A stretch of DNA of 57,893 nucleotides from Catajapyx aquilonaris (lineage: Eukaryota): the NCBI GenBank assembly GCA_000934665.2, contig JYFJ02001981.1:62001-119893 (forward strand), in the 5' to 3' direction. The notes below the pieces were generated by a model. That model was not told where the DNA came from and ran no database searches. It saw only the letters and a list, made by a program, of their open reading frames with translations. Position 1 is the first letter of the stretch. The number at the start of each line of letters is the position of its first letter. Of this stretch, positions 1 to 12,075 are shown piece after piece. The position numbers and the translations under genes were made by a program.

Positions 1-993
1 TGACAATAATATTGTACCTATATATATGAACTTTTCGAATTCAAATGGGATACGGCTCAAGGCCGGATTTCTATTTTTCTGTCAACATTAACGTTTCTAA
101 AATATGAAATGTGTTTTAAAAATCGATTACCCTTTATATGAAGCTACGCACTGACGAAATCTCTCCGGACCACAATCAAAGAAGATGAGCTTATACCAAG
201 AGATATACGTACACTATATTTCCATAAACACTTTAAATTCGTGGAAAGCTTAAGCCCTATTACAAACAAGTACTTTTATATGATCGGTATTAACAAATTG
301 AACTTGTGCAATTTTATGCAAGAGCAATGCTTAACATGGAATTCCGATCGATTACATTCGCACCGATACAACTGGGAATGAGCAGGAATAGTTGCTTACG
401 CCATCATGCTCATGTCAGCCACATCAACATGCACGAATTACTAGTGTTAAAAAACCTATAACATGGCATAATATCGTCAAACCAACATTGCCAGCTGGGA
501 TAGACACAATAAATAATTGGAGGAAAACGACGGTTGTTGTACTCTCTGTAACGTTTCTTCCCACATGACTGTATAATATTGTAAGGCCTTCACGCATCTT
601 CGAGGCGGTCTGATCTGAGATTATAGACGTAATTATGTCTAGTCATGATTGTGACACGTCAGAATCGTCTTGTACATGTAGAGAGCTATAGGGTTAAACG
701 TAACATTTATGTTCACACATCACAGGCGGTAATAAAAACGCTAGGGCGGAGGCGCGAGAGGAGGCTACACTTGTAAGGTGGTATACGTACGGTCAACTCA
801 TGCTGTATGATTCATGTATGCGAAGACATGCACATTTTATTTTGTAGAAAAAAAATGCAGGTAGACTTGTTGTTTCTAAGTAAACTTTAACATTATTTTG
901 TGTTATCAGCAGATCGACAGGTTACTAATTGATGCAGAGAGGTCATAATGTCACGTACTATAGAAGACAAATGCGGAAGGCAAGCTTGTTAAG

Positions 994-1145
994 CAAGGGG
1001 GTAATCACTCGACTGAAAAGTGTACACCGGAGTACCAAATTCAAGGAGTACCAAGGAGTACCGAGGAGTACCAAGGAGTACCAAAGGAGTACCGAAGAGT
1101 ACCACTGCAGGTGTACACCGGAGTACCGAAGTGATTACCCCCTTG
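994..1145. mobile_element. 152-bp MITE with perfect 16-bp TIRs and 8-bp TSD (P-element/hAT-type non-autonomous element)
   Basis: CAAGGGGGTAATCACT (994-1009) is the exact reverse complement of AGTGATTACCCCCTTG (1130-1145). Identical 8-mer TTGTTAAG flanks both sides (986-993, 1146-1153). Interior is ~10-bp GGAGTACC(A/G)A tandem units. Confidence 0.88.
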
Positions 1146-4100
1146 TTGTTAAGAGAAGCCATATAAGCAATCGTTGGCATGAAATAATTTCAATAGCTAT
1201 CTAATTAATAATTACACTTGACTGGAATGTTCATTTCTCTGCACTTTCCTGTATTCAAATATGGATCGTCGGGTGATTTTGCCGGGATATTCTCTATCAC
1301 GTTCTGTATATTGTTAGATGAGATGAGCTTAAAACAGACTATTTTAAAGCGTGCTGTAGTTGTGGTACCGGTATGTAAAGTATGGGCTTAAAATTACGAT
1401 TTCGACGCAATATCCTATTAGCTAAGCTTAAATACCGGTATACTATGCCATTTGACCACATCTCGCCTCTGTCTAATCTAAATCATGTAAAAAATACATT
1501 TCAGATTAATATTTCACAGTGTATGTTCCCTCTATCAAAAGAAGATCTAGTCGATCATTCGCAAAATCATTATTTTTTCGATATCAGCTTTGACACAAAT
1601 ATACAATATCATGCATTTATATGTCACCCACATGAAATCATGCAGTTTGCTAAAAATCAGTTAATGTCACTCTTATCATCTTACACTCATCTGTTTTAGC
1701 GAGCCTATCAAGCTATACGAAGATTCACCCTTTTTCTGTCTCTCCTGACCTGCCTTCGCGTGCTGGACAATAATAAGGCCATTCCGCCCTTGCAGCTCCC
1801 AAAAGTCTCTTTTAAGCACATAACGTACAATACTACATCTACCCTAGCTAATGTGTGAGGGCGTCAGGTTAGTACGTACAGGGGAGGACACTCAACCTTT
1901 CTATCCTCCTCACCCTGTGACCCTTCCTCCAACAGAAAAAAATAGATTAAATGTCTGTTCCATTGCTAACTGCAATTTACAGACCACCACAAATCCTCTC
2001 CCGCCTCTGCATGCACCTGACCCATTCAGAAGAAAGCAAAAGGTAGAGACGAGAGAAAAAAAAAGAAGAGTAACGTCAGTTGATTTAGGTGCCAATCGAT
2101 TGGCGTGAAAATTTAATGCTGGAGCCAGAATCATTACATTTTCAACGAGTTGGCTCCCATGACTGCTGCCCGGAAAAAAAGGGTTAAAGTTTCCCTATAG
2201 AGATCCCCCCTCCTACACCCACCATCCTCACCTTTCGCCTCTTCTCTCACACACGAAAATTTTCTCCAGTTTGGCGGAAGTTTGAAAGAAGAAACAAAAA
2301 AAAGTAGGACTTGGTTTAAATAAGTTAGGACAACAAATACCGTATTGGACGTGTGCGAGTGAGAAAGGCGTATAATCATCCCACTTCCTTTGATCAAGTC
2401 AACATGTTTTTGAGGCCAAAATAAATGCAGGTTGGGATGACGTTCTTTCACTAATATTGCATAGCTAAAATGGAGTCAAACACGAGTCAATAGCACAGTT
2501 CCTGAAATCCCGAGGTAATTATTGTGAACTGTAATTGCAACGCGGTTAATGATACCAGGCGCTAAATCAATGCCTGCAGATCCTCCCATGGTATAGAGTG
2601 GAGAGAGGGATCAGCATAATCCATTATATGTTTTCAGAGCTAATAATATGCAGGTTGGTCAATAACTCCGGGTGTTGGTTTAGGTATGGCAGTTCCTGGT
2701 CTTATTATAAGACCATCATTTTTGGCTGCTAGGATTAATTATATGGAGTGCGACGGAAATTACTTTTTGATTAAGTTACTTATGCTTGTATAGGGAATAT
2801 CACATGTACTGTACCACACACTAGTCTAGCACCCCTGATTGATGGTTGAATGCCTTGTATTTCCAATGGTAAGTATAACAATAATGAAAGAACTTGTAAT
2901 AAGCCAGTAAGGAATCGCCATAACAGGTCAAACTAAATCAACTCCAGGAGTTCTCACGAGTGCATTTTTTCTGGGTTTGTAGCAAATGGGTGGTCTTCAC
3001 TAATATAATTATGTGCAACTTGCGGTTTTACTTATCCACGTATAAAAACCACTCGTGCTTTTGAAACACATAAAACCGGTTTACCACGCCAGGTAGCAAG
3101 AAACTACTATTTTAGCCATCCTACCCGTGAGATTGCACCAATTATTGACCACCTCTCTCACCATCAGCTTCCGTCTAAATTTTTTGGAAAATCATTTTAA
3201 ACAAAACTCTCTTCCCAACCAAACGGTGTGTATATGCTATACGTATACTGTGCAGTGTGCATTCCACGCAAAACATCAACAACTATCCAGTGACCACGAC
3301 AGCTCCTACACTCACAAAATTCAATCCTGAAAATACCTCAAACTGATGAATGAGTCTCAAAATGACCGTGGGGTGATTGTACAACCCAGCACCTATATCC
3401 GCATCAATAACACACCCTGTAACCCAGTGTCCCTCGTATTTGTATGTGACTGATTCTATACAGTACACATGTGTGGTGTTATCACTAAAAACAAGAAGAA
3501 ATCATTCCTGCCGCCAAAACGCTCGCACAAACTTTGCAGTGGAGAAGGAATATTGTGTTATACCCCCCACAACCCCCCCCCNCCCCCCCCCCCCCGAGAG
3601 CGACATGAATGTAGTTTTGTACTCGACGTGGTTTTAGTTGACAAGTGTGTCCCAGTACGATGGAAAAGTGAATAAAATAAAAAATAAACTGCATGTTTGC
3701 CACCAGTATCCGTACTCTTGTTACTCGTTTCTTTATATTCCCAGCAGATCATCTTCCCCGTAGAGTAGAATGCCGTCACGTTCTGAGCATTTTCCTTGGA
3801 TGGTGTCCGGATTTGAGACGTGCAGGAATTTCAAGCGTCCCCATCCGGCAATCCTGGGAACTGCGTGAGATGCTTTTGCTCTTTGCAGCTTCCGCCAAAA
3901 TGGGTTCATTTCCGCAGGCACTAATCTTGCATTTTGCGCGCCCCTGGGGAGCCCTGCATGTCTCCGCTGACCATGACTCCCCTGATTTATTTTATCGCTC
4001 ACACAGATTTTCTCACGTTTCAACACTTTTCCGAACCCCCTTGCCACATTGCTGCAAATGGAGAACAACGATGTGTGATTACGGTTTTAGTGACTTTATA

Positions 4101-7100
4101 CAGGAGGTGCTTAACCCGTTTCGCGAAACACCGTGAGAAGCCCAAATGATTTTTTGTACCGTACTATTTGCACAGTCCAGTAATAGGGCATTACAATGGG
4201 CAATTTCCTCTTAAATTTCATAGACAATATGCAATTTTTAAAAGTGGAATAATTCACCTATATCATTTTTTATTTAAGACAGTTAGACCTGAAATGTTGA
4301 CATGTTGTCCCTACTAAAATCCTACCTGATGCTCTATATCTCACCCAGGAAAATATAGAGGAAGGTAAAAAAAATGAATCTTTGTAAAATGGGCTTCACG
4401 TGGTGAAAATGGGGTGATGGAGCTGGCGCTAATTGACGCACTTGATTGATTGATACGGGCCGGTGGGGGTAGGCAGGATTGGTAGTGAGCGAGATGTTAT
4501 CCTACCATACCTACCCCCCTAGTAGCCAATTAGGCCTTTTTAGTGAGCGCCATTTGGCAGGCAGCGGGAGTCAAATAGGCCGCCCGGGGGCCTCCCAAAT
4601 GGACCAGCTGGGAGAGGAAAAGAATAATGTACTCTACACGTGTAAGCAGCCTTCTATAGTAACCTCCCCCAAACTGTCTTCAAACTCACATTACAGAAAG
4701 TGCCCATCTCAAAAACATGTAAAAAAATGTCGCTTCAATTGGGCAGGAATTGAATTTCTGGAGAAGTCGATATATATCCAGACGGAAGCGAGCAAAGAAA
4801 TATTTTCCTCTGGCGGCCATTCATCCGGATGCTGGATCCTCTCCCTACTTTTAAGGCCCGTGTTCACTGACCTTCCCTTTTTCGCCTGAACCGTCGAGCC
4901 AAAGCTTCTGGAATTTTATTGGAGGCGACAAGCTCCGGAATCTCTCACACAATAAGATTCTAAAAAGGAAGGGCCCGAAATTCCTCTCCAGAAGAAGCCA
5001 ATACTCTCTCACAGCTCTTTCATTACTTCCCATTAGCCCGGATGTGTTTACTTCGTGTCTTATATTGGATAAGGAGAAAATATTCGTGATGTTTTCTATT
5101 AAAGACCCTTCCCATCGCAGTGCATCGGTCGGATTTGCAGCCTGTTGCATTTCCAGCGAGCCTGCCTGGACTTGGTCGCCATGGAGACGGCAAGGGCACC
5201 TGCCCCCGGACACCCTCAACCTACCCCCACCACCCAACCTCACAACTACCCCCAAAAACACCACGTCTAACTCCTCCATCCCGCTTCCTTTTGGCCCTAC
5301 CCCACCACCACCCCTCTTGCGAATAGTTCCTCTTTAGCAAAACCTGGGACGAAAATCCATTCAAATAGGTCATATCTTCGACGTTTGCTTACAGTGGGTG
5401 GGATTTTGGGGGGGGGGGGGGGAGANGGGGGGAGAGATGGACTTCCGGGAGCATGAGGGGAATGCCCGGTCCTTAACCCAGCTTGGTCAAAAAGTTGTCC
5501 GGCGGGTCACCACGCCTACTTTTCCACAGCCCCACTTCCCCAAAACCTGGCCATTAATCATCTTTCTCTCCACGAATCTATAATGCGCTCTGCCTCTGCA
5601 GTTTACGTCCCTCAAGGGTCTCGACAATTTATGTAAGATATCGGCAGAGGTCAAGAGGTCTGCTCGAGTATGCACAGGCGGTCATGCACCTCCATAAACT
5701 AGGTTAAGAGGTAAATAGACGCTATGAGAGGCTGCAAGAGATGTTTTGAAGTGTCATATACAATATGGATGTTTATGCTGCTCAGGTGAGGACCTGTAAT
5801 TTTTATGTAAATTTTATTGCATATTTTATACATAAATTTGATCGACTGAATTTTCCAAAGTTATACAGTATGGATCAGGATAACGCACTGGTGCACTTTA
5901 TGCAACCTGACGTACCACGGTCAATTTGTATAATTCTCATTAGTCCATAAATTTCGATTTATGGTGAGCTGTACCAGTTCAGAAAACTACTCCCGGGATG
6001 ATATTAAACGATCAAAAGGCGTGACCAAAAATCATGCATTTTCAACACCGCCGATTTTTTATTTTAAAAAATCCATGCCTGCAATGAGTAGTCGATTAAA
6101 CTCAAAGCCAGAGTCCTCGCCGCATATTAATGCCCATTATGCATATTAATCAAAACGAAAAATAGAAGTGGAAGTAGGGCAAAAGAAGTTTGCAGCCTTC
6201 CAGGATTTTTAATCGACTTGTTCGCGTTGCTTAATGAAAAATGACTTATTGACCCATTAATTGCTAAAATGAAGATCCCTGAAACCCAAACCCAGACGCT
6301 GCAAGATGCCGATAAAATTAGAATTATGTTGATGTCTCCCAAAGTAGCTGGATCCAACCAACAAACCATGTCCGATGAAAAATTGCTATAGTCGTGCCAT
6401 ACCAGTTATACCTTTCCAACAATAGCACTAGTGAGAGGTGGACCTCCTGGTGAGCACGAAAAAGGAGGTAAGTCAGTCTCCTGGGCAGAGGCGCCGGCGC
6501 CTGCACTCCATCCTCATTAGTGGTTCCCACAAGCCAAGGCGTCGTTTTTGGGACTTTGAGGTAAGGGGGTTGGGGGATGGAGGTGAGGGAATAAGAAGGG
6601 TGAGTTTCCTTCCTGGGCGCTAAATGAAAATGAACAGGCGGTGAATATGAGACGAGGGAGGGCTGTCGGCCGGAATGAGCACTTCCTGAGATAATAAATT
6701 CCTGCTTTCCTTATGCAAATCTAAGGCATAAGTTGGAGGTGTGAGGTAGGAGGAAGGAGGGGCAGAATTGATTGTCATCAAGCCCGTGGGACTGTTGGAG
6801 TGTGGTTGGCTTCGTGACAGAAGAAGGATGTCTTCTTATGTCGTGGCTACTTGTTTGGCACTCGTGGTCCCTCGTGGATCATTTGGGATGATGTAATGGC
6901 TCCCGTTCTTTTAAGTGAGTTTTTTTTACTACTTTCTAAATCGCTCTTTTGCTCGTGTTACGCCCGGTGCTCTAAGTGGCCATTCCTGGTGGGCTAAACT
7001 CGGTGAAAATATCGTGTGTCCCAAAAAGTTGCCATTTTTCTACCTAACACTTTGCAGAGAGATATTTTTAGCTTGCAGCCTGCAGGACATTATTATACGT

Positions 7101-7782
7101 CGCTGTGTGATGGTATACATTACGCGACAGCCTGAATGTCCTGCGACGCTTTTATTTTGAGGCGGTGCTGATATCGGCCTCAAATGATATGCTGCTGTAG
7201 CAACCCATATTGCTTGTATACAATGTCATTACCTGACTCGACATATAGGCAAGATAACTTAATACCATACAATATGTCGACTCCACGCATATAACCTGAA
7301 AAAGAGTCATGTTGTCACATATTGGCTTCATACGTTGGCTTTTGACATGTATTAGGCCTTACTTGCTAATGTAATATCAGTTTCGGAGTAACAATAATGC
7401 TCGATCCGGCTCGATCGTAGCACCTTGTTCCTCAATGAACTGTTTTTGATGCCATTCAGAATGAAGTTCATGTCTCATAATTTCACCAAGAATTCAGTGT
7501 CAGACATTTTGCATCTGAAGAGTTGTGACTAATCATTTCGACAAGCAAATTTCAGGTCAATGCCTCGGTAATTTCTAGTCCGCTGCGTCAATATATTGCA
7601 CCGCCGATTCACTAAGCAGAGCAAATTAGAGCTCCGGAGATAGCAAGCGAGAGTACATTTGTTTCTGGGGAACAAAAACCGATAATTTCGTCCTACGTGG
7701 ATGGGAGCGTCCCATTTTATTTGGAACACTGCATTATTACAGGGACAGACACTTCATAATAATGCACCCTCTTACTTCCGCA

Positions 7783-8917
7783 TCAATCTACGACAGGCTG
7801 ACGCGCGGATATGACCGCATCGAAATTGTCCAACGGAGGATCCTTGGCGCTCTGATTACCCCCAGGAACCCAGTCATCATCGAAAAATCGCGTCTGAACC
7901 ACAGTCGCATGTTCTGGCACCATCGTCGTCACATCCTCAGGAGCAACAGTACTAGCAGGCACCTCCTCCACCTTCCAGTGAATCCCCAGCAAATGCAGGA
8001 TCTCCATAATAATCTTGGCCGGCAATGGAAGACCCAGTCCCCATCGAAGCATCACAACTTCATCTGGATCATCCGGAACAGGGCTTGCACTGGCCAATAC
8101 CTTTTCATAACAAAAAAAAGTAAGCAATTTTTCCCATCCACGGAAGTGTTGCAAAGCTTGTGTGAACGGTTGGTAAATTGGGCGGGGGAATAAGGGCTAT
8201 AGGTTGGATAGAAGTTTCCCTTTTTTTTTTCTTCCTACCCTCCCNCCCCCCTCCGCCTGATTGATTTCCTCCACCCCCCTTCACTCCTTCCGCACAGGTG
8301 ACTGCCTGCTGCCTTTGCCTGCCTTGATATATGGATAGATATACCTTCTGGCTAACCTGCCTCACGTCTTTGGCCTCTCGACAAAGCCATTCTCCGCACA
8401 CCCTCAAACTACTCAGCTAACAAACACCGTCTGGTTTAAATGAGAAACTTCGTAAGCTCCACGAAACGCGCCAATGGCAACCCAAAACAATACATCCTGT
8501 GCTGCATACAATCTGGCGAACAAATGTGTTTCGCATTTTGCATGTTCACCAGGATGAAATGTTATATCACTCCTACTGTTTCGTATCACCCTAATTTCTT
8601 TTGAAGCACGTTCCTAGAAGTTGTTCAAGATGTCACATATTGGCAAAATTTTTGGAAAGAATTGCCCCTTTTCAGACCTCGTAACAGTACAACAAGAAAC
8701 CCCAATCTAGTGAAACGGATACGTAATTGGAGCAAGAAACCACTCGGAAACAGACTCAAATGTCCAATCAGGCGAGAAAGCAGCTCTAATATCGCAGAGG
8801 AAATGGAGGGGGGAAGTATAACTATACAGTATAGGGAGTACAAAAAAAAATTACTCAACTATATAGACTCACCAGCAAGAAAGATAGGAAGAGCACCACT
8901 TGTGGGCGAACCTTCAT
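7783..8917 (-). CDS. Orphan secreted protein, 120 aa, 2 coding exons (8917-8873, 8100-7783)
   Basis: Exon 1 MKVRPQVVLFLSFLL ends at a GTGAGT donor. T-rich acceptor ...AAAG|GTA at 8101/8100 continues in phase 0 as VLASA-SPVPDDPDEVVMLRWGLGLPLPAKIIMEILHLLGIHWK...QPVVD*. The junction builds a typical signal peptide. TATA box at 8976-8983; AATAAA at 7716-7721 (minus). Confidence 0.75.
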
Positions 8918-8975
8918 CGTAGTACCGGTGGTGATGATGGCCAAAGTTTGGGTTCCTCCTAACTGGCTTCTGAGC

Positions 8976-8983
8976 CTTATATA
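8976..8983 (-). promoter_or_regulatory. TATA box (TATATAAG) of the 120-aa secreted orphan gene
   Basis: Plus-strand CTTATATA lies ~60 bp upstream of the ATG at 8917 on the minus strand. Confidence 0.6.
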
Positions 8984-11935
8984 TTGCTTGGGTTCCCATC
9001 TCCTGTCCAATTCGACCTTAAACTTTTTGGCCTAACAACACGGGCACACCTTTTTCCATAGTGGTCCTTCCATTTCCTTCAAATTCCTATCCCCTGTCAA
9101 CAAGCGATAGCCGATCTGGGTTAATGGAATCGGCCTATGCAGTGCACGGTAGATGCATCTCGAAGGGAGGTGCAACTTAACGGTCTAACCGACGAAGTTC
9201 ATGGCCTTTCAGATAATTGTGTTTTGATCTTAAATATCTTAAAGCCATGTGCCTAGTCAGTCAGACTTAAACTGAATTTGCCTAACTTTAAATTCTAAAG
9301 GCACGTTTGACATGGCAGAAAAATGTAACTGTTTATAGCAACGTGCTCCCTTTTTCTATGATATTCCACATACAAATGAGAGTTTTAAAAAGTAGGTCTT
9401 GGTTATGGTTGGCAAATTCAACGGTTTATTTCATTTTGCAACCAATTCGCTTTCACGGTAACAATTGGAAGAATAACCGTGCAATAGAAAAAAGCGTTAT
9501 TTTTTCAATATATTGTACGTACAAGAACTTATTACTGTTTATAATGACCTTTCACTGCTTTCTTGTCGACACTTGCAATGCTACAATGCCTACAATGCCA
9601 CTGAAATCTACTTACAAAGTGAAGTCAGAGTAATACAAATCTAATCAGGTAGCCCACTTCTACATGCGTAACCCGCTAAAGAAGCGCACGCACCACCAAA
9701 GTACCGTAATCGCTGCCCATAATTTTCAGGACATAACAGCGTGTGCCGGAAGCCTAGAAAGTGAATCCATTCAAATTTATGCCCCCATTATTCGAAACTG
9801 AAGACATGCCCCTTCCAGCATGCTAGTGTACACGCCCATGAGGTCATACAATAACACATTGTGATAGGAACGAGCACGTGGGCGAGCACGTGGTAGCGTA
9901 CGACAGACAGTACAGTGTGTATAAATGGAAGGTATATAGGTATAGTGCTTCAAGAGCAGAGAGAGTGGTGGTGGTTGTGCAGGGCAGGGCTGATGTCCTA
10001 TTTTCCGTGGCAGACGCGCCCACGCAGCAACTCGGAAGAGTCCGCCCCCGCAAAGTCCGCCCCCGCAGTGCTCACCGTCAAAATCAGCTCAAGGCCAGAT
10101 CGGGTCAAGGTCTTTTACTTGTTTACTACCACAAAGCGAATCAGGAAAGAGAGCAACGCCCTCTGCTGATCAGGAAGATGATAAGACATGCTTGGCATTT
10201 TTCACCTTCATCTGATATACCGGTACGTCTGTTGTATCAAGTAAATTATTGCTTGTGTGCAGCAGTATCAGTTTTTTTGAACACTTGACAGTAATTAAAA
10301 ATAGCATGTGCAGCATTTAATTTGTCTCCAACATCACTTTACAGCCTACCAAAAACACTTGCTGGGTGGCATGGATGTAGATTGTGTCACAGCTTCTTTC
10401 ATCTGGATAACATCGCAGCACGCATTACGTGCTATCCCAACTTGCATCGCCATGCAGCTATATGCCCCGCAGGATTTGAGTTCACTCTCCCCGTGACAAC
10501 ATGCTTGCATAATCGTTCACACCAGGGAGTGCCTTGTTTACCAATGCGTGTAATTGAAAAAGTGGGAGGGAAAATTGTTGGTTGAGCGTGCCAATCAAGA
10601 TTCCACCTCGGACATGGTCTTTAATTTTGAGATAATACAGCATAATATTTCGGGCACTTTATTCCTACAAAACTGCATAAGGTCTTTCAGTAACGTCAGT
10701 TTAAAGTCATGTATCATAACATTTGGTTCAATGACAGGCTGGTCGTATAATAACAATATTGCAGAAAAACTAATGAATGCTTTAGGAAACTCTTGAAGCT
10801 TGAAGCTTGCAGCACGTAACTTGAAACATTACTGTGAATACCTTTTCAAGTACTCACACATGATAGGTCGGTGTGAATGAGACTAATTTAGGATATAATT
10901 AAAAATCACTGTTGTAAATCTTAGAACCTGCAATATTTCAGGATTTGAGATCCAAGGTACACATTGTTGTTTCGTTGCAGGCTATAACTCAAACTCAATT
11001 TATTTATCTTCCTTGTTTTGACAAAACGCTGCTTTGCACTTTACTCTCCCACCCATCTGTCAACGTGTCGTGCTATGTCCTTTAAGGCATGCCTATAATT
11101 AAAATACATTAACATCATACAGAACAAAATAACAATCATTTACATTGGTGAAAAACCGTTTGGCAACACATTTTCACAGCCAACATTTCACGAGAACCGT
11201 TGAAAAATTTATTCCCCTTTAAAACCTGTCCTAAGCATCGAGTAGATTTGCGCGTAATGGTTTGTCGCGTTAGCACTACATTACAGTTTAATTACACCCT
11301 AGCCGTGCGATGCCGGTTCGCTGCTTGTAAATCCTGCCCTGCATAATAAAACATAAAAACGGCATATCTAGAGAGTGAATCTAAAATCCATGTGAATTCA
11401 CATATCACGCCGGCATAATGGAAAGAGAAGCATGTTGGCACTCTTGTTCTGCATGCGCACAATTACGCGCTGTTATACAACTGGATGGATTCGTCATGTA
11501 TAGCCAGAGTGCGACGACTCTTTTTGATACGTCCATCTCACCAGACCGCTGCTCTTGCGGCAACTTAGTTTCATCCCAAATAAAAACAAAAGTGTAGTGC
11601 AGCCACCTTTAATTAACTGCCCTTATATGGCCACAAGCATCGTGCTCATCAAAAAGCGAATTTTACATGGCAGCACCATCATGTAACCAGCCATTAACGT
11701 TTTTTTCTGCCAAATTCCTTCTGGCAAGTTCGAAGAAAAGGCCAGTTTCTGCTCCCATGTTGCGTTCAAATATTATTTTTTTTACTTCTTCTCCTATTAA
11801 TTGTGCGTGTTCATAAATTTCGATTGTCCTGCAATTAAAGTTACAAATATTTCTCGCAAAATTACATCCAAGGAAATTTATTTACGCATCTGGCAACTTT
11901 TTTAAAATATCAGGTTAATGTTAACATTTTAGGTC

Positions 11936-12075
11936 GTCCGGAGATAATCCATGTGCGATATTTTTGTCGCAAATCAAATGCCAAAAATTAATGCAACGTT
12001 TGATTAATTTTTGCCCAATGATTTGCGACAAAAAAAATATCTTGAGAAAATATCGCGCACGGATTCCCTCCGGAC
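11936..12075. mobile_element. ~140-bp imperfect palindrome, probable degenerate MITE
   Basis: GTCCGGAGATAATCCATGTGCGATATTTTTGTCGCAAATCA...CAAAAATTAAT pairs with ATTAATTTTTG...TGATTTGCGACAAAA...AAATATCGCGCACGGATTCCCTCCGGAC. No clear TSD. Confidence 0.55.

Noticed and set aside
929..1204. 91-aa and 63-aa ORFs with STKEY repeats; superficially array-like repeat
   Set aside because: They run through the MITE's 10-bp tandem core; there are no unique spacers, so this is neither CRISPR nor a gene.
3693..4149. Overlapping ORFs; faint THAP-like CxxxxC pattern on the minus strand
   Set aside because: No intact THAP signature (C2CH with P, W, F) in one frame; cannot be supported.
7762..8193. 143-aa plus-strand ORF
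   Set aside because: Antisense to exon 2 of the minus-strand secreted gene, which has TATA, signal peptide and polyA support.
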